Assembly (NCBI RefSeq): GCF_006345805.1
Contig: NC_043002.1
Coordinates: forward strand, 60,884,001 to 60,948,000
DNA: 64,000 nt
DNA from: Octopus sinensis
Lineage: Eukaryota
Direction: 5' to 3'
The notes under the pieces are model-generated. The model did not search any database. It saw only the letters and a list, made by a program, of their open reading frames with translations, and was not told where the DNA came from. Made by a program: the position numbers and the translations under genes. Positions 63,265-64,000 of the stretch are shown here, one piece after another. The first letter of the stretch is position 1; every line of letters begins with the position of its first letter.

Positions 63265-64000
63265 ACCCACTCTGTCACTCATCCCTCTGTTTCTCTCACT
63301 CTAAACACACATACAGACGTACATACATACATAGATACATACATACATACATACATACATACATACATACATACATACATACATACATACATACATACAT
63401 ACATACAGACCGACAGACCGACAGACAGACACACCCATGTTGCATAATTAAGAAAGTTGTTTGCAGTCACTCAGGTTTTGGTTCTGTCCAACTGCATGGC
63501 ACCTGGGTCGAATGGTTTCTACAAGAGATCCGAGCCGACTGATAGCTTGTAAGTAAATCGTGACCTTAACCCAGAGTTTCGGCAAACAGAAACAAATGAA
63601 GAACCAGACTTTAAAATAAAATATGTATTGTGGTCGCATTGTTCGACTAAACCCTTCAAGGCAGCACCCCCTGCATGGCTGCTGTGCCATCCCTGGAGAC
63701 AAGGGATACGTTGTGTGTGGAGGGAGGGGTGGTATGTGTGTGCGTGTGACTGAGCAAGAGACAGAAAGAGAGAGACATGGAGAGAAAGACAGATAGATGG
63801 GGTTAGTGAGAGAGACGGAGGCTGAGAAAAAGGAGAGAGGGCGGGGAGGGAATGATGCCGTCCCCGTAATATAGCTAACTGTTTAGTAAAAGCGAGTCGA
63901 TCGAATAGGAACTAGGCTTAAAAGAAATGGGATGGATATGTTCGATAAATGGAGATATGGCCTATAATTGAAGGGGATCTGGCCGTCTGACAAGACCTAT
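60438..64000. repeat. Recent tandem segmental duplication (~60438-61710 vs ~62686-64000), offset about 2.25-2.3 kb
   Basis: Long near-identical collinear stretches (e.g. GCTGCTCCGGTATGACCACAGTCC at ~60487 and ~62763); runs off the window end. Confidence 0.9.
62128..62660 (-). pseudogene. Unassigned coding relic with a ~50-codon internal repeat
   Basis: GIFISGPGLLTYFRYHPKSKIGL vs GAFTSGNGMLLYFRYHLKSKIKL, 151 bp apart, with many synonymous differences; the two repeats are now in different frames. Confidence 0.5.

Overview
AT-rich, microsatellite-dense animal genomic DNA with no confidently identifiable host gene. The SINE families and repeat landscape look like an octopod cephalopod (inference from recognition, not a database result). 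The window is a mosaic of transposable elements: a degraded full-length Penelope-like element (RT + GIY-YIG), several R4/Dong-type RLE LINEs in (AAT)n tracts, an RTE/BovB-like LINE, a near-complete APE-RT LINE, a Helitron with both termini, mariner-derived MITEs, three tRNA-derived SINE families and local tandem duplications. The main result is a set of minimal type I hammerhead ribozyme (HHR) motifs from at least five unrelated sequence families. One is a perfect canonical HHR (10489-10533, minus strand). Another lies in a ~365-bp non-coding element present twice (12.7-13.6 kb and 58.3-58.9 kb) as palindromes that place HHRs on both strands; three of its four HHRs have the U3:A8 core (the fourth U3.G8), and stems I and III covary between copies. 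These look like retrozyme-like or PLE pLTR-derived non-autonomous elements. Also unexplained: a ~50-codon repeated coding relic with synonymous-biased divergence (62.1-62.7 kb) and an A/B higher-order repeat array with a conserved splice-donor-like motif (57.8-64 kb). Repeat boundaries were placed by eye and are approximate unless exact sequence is quoted.
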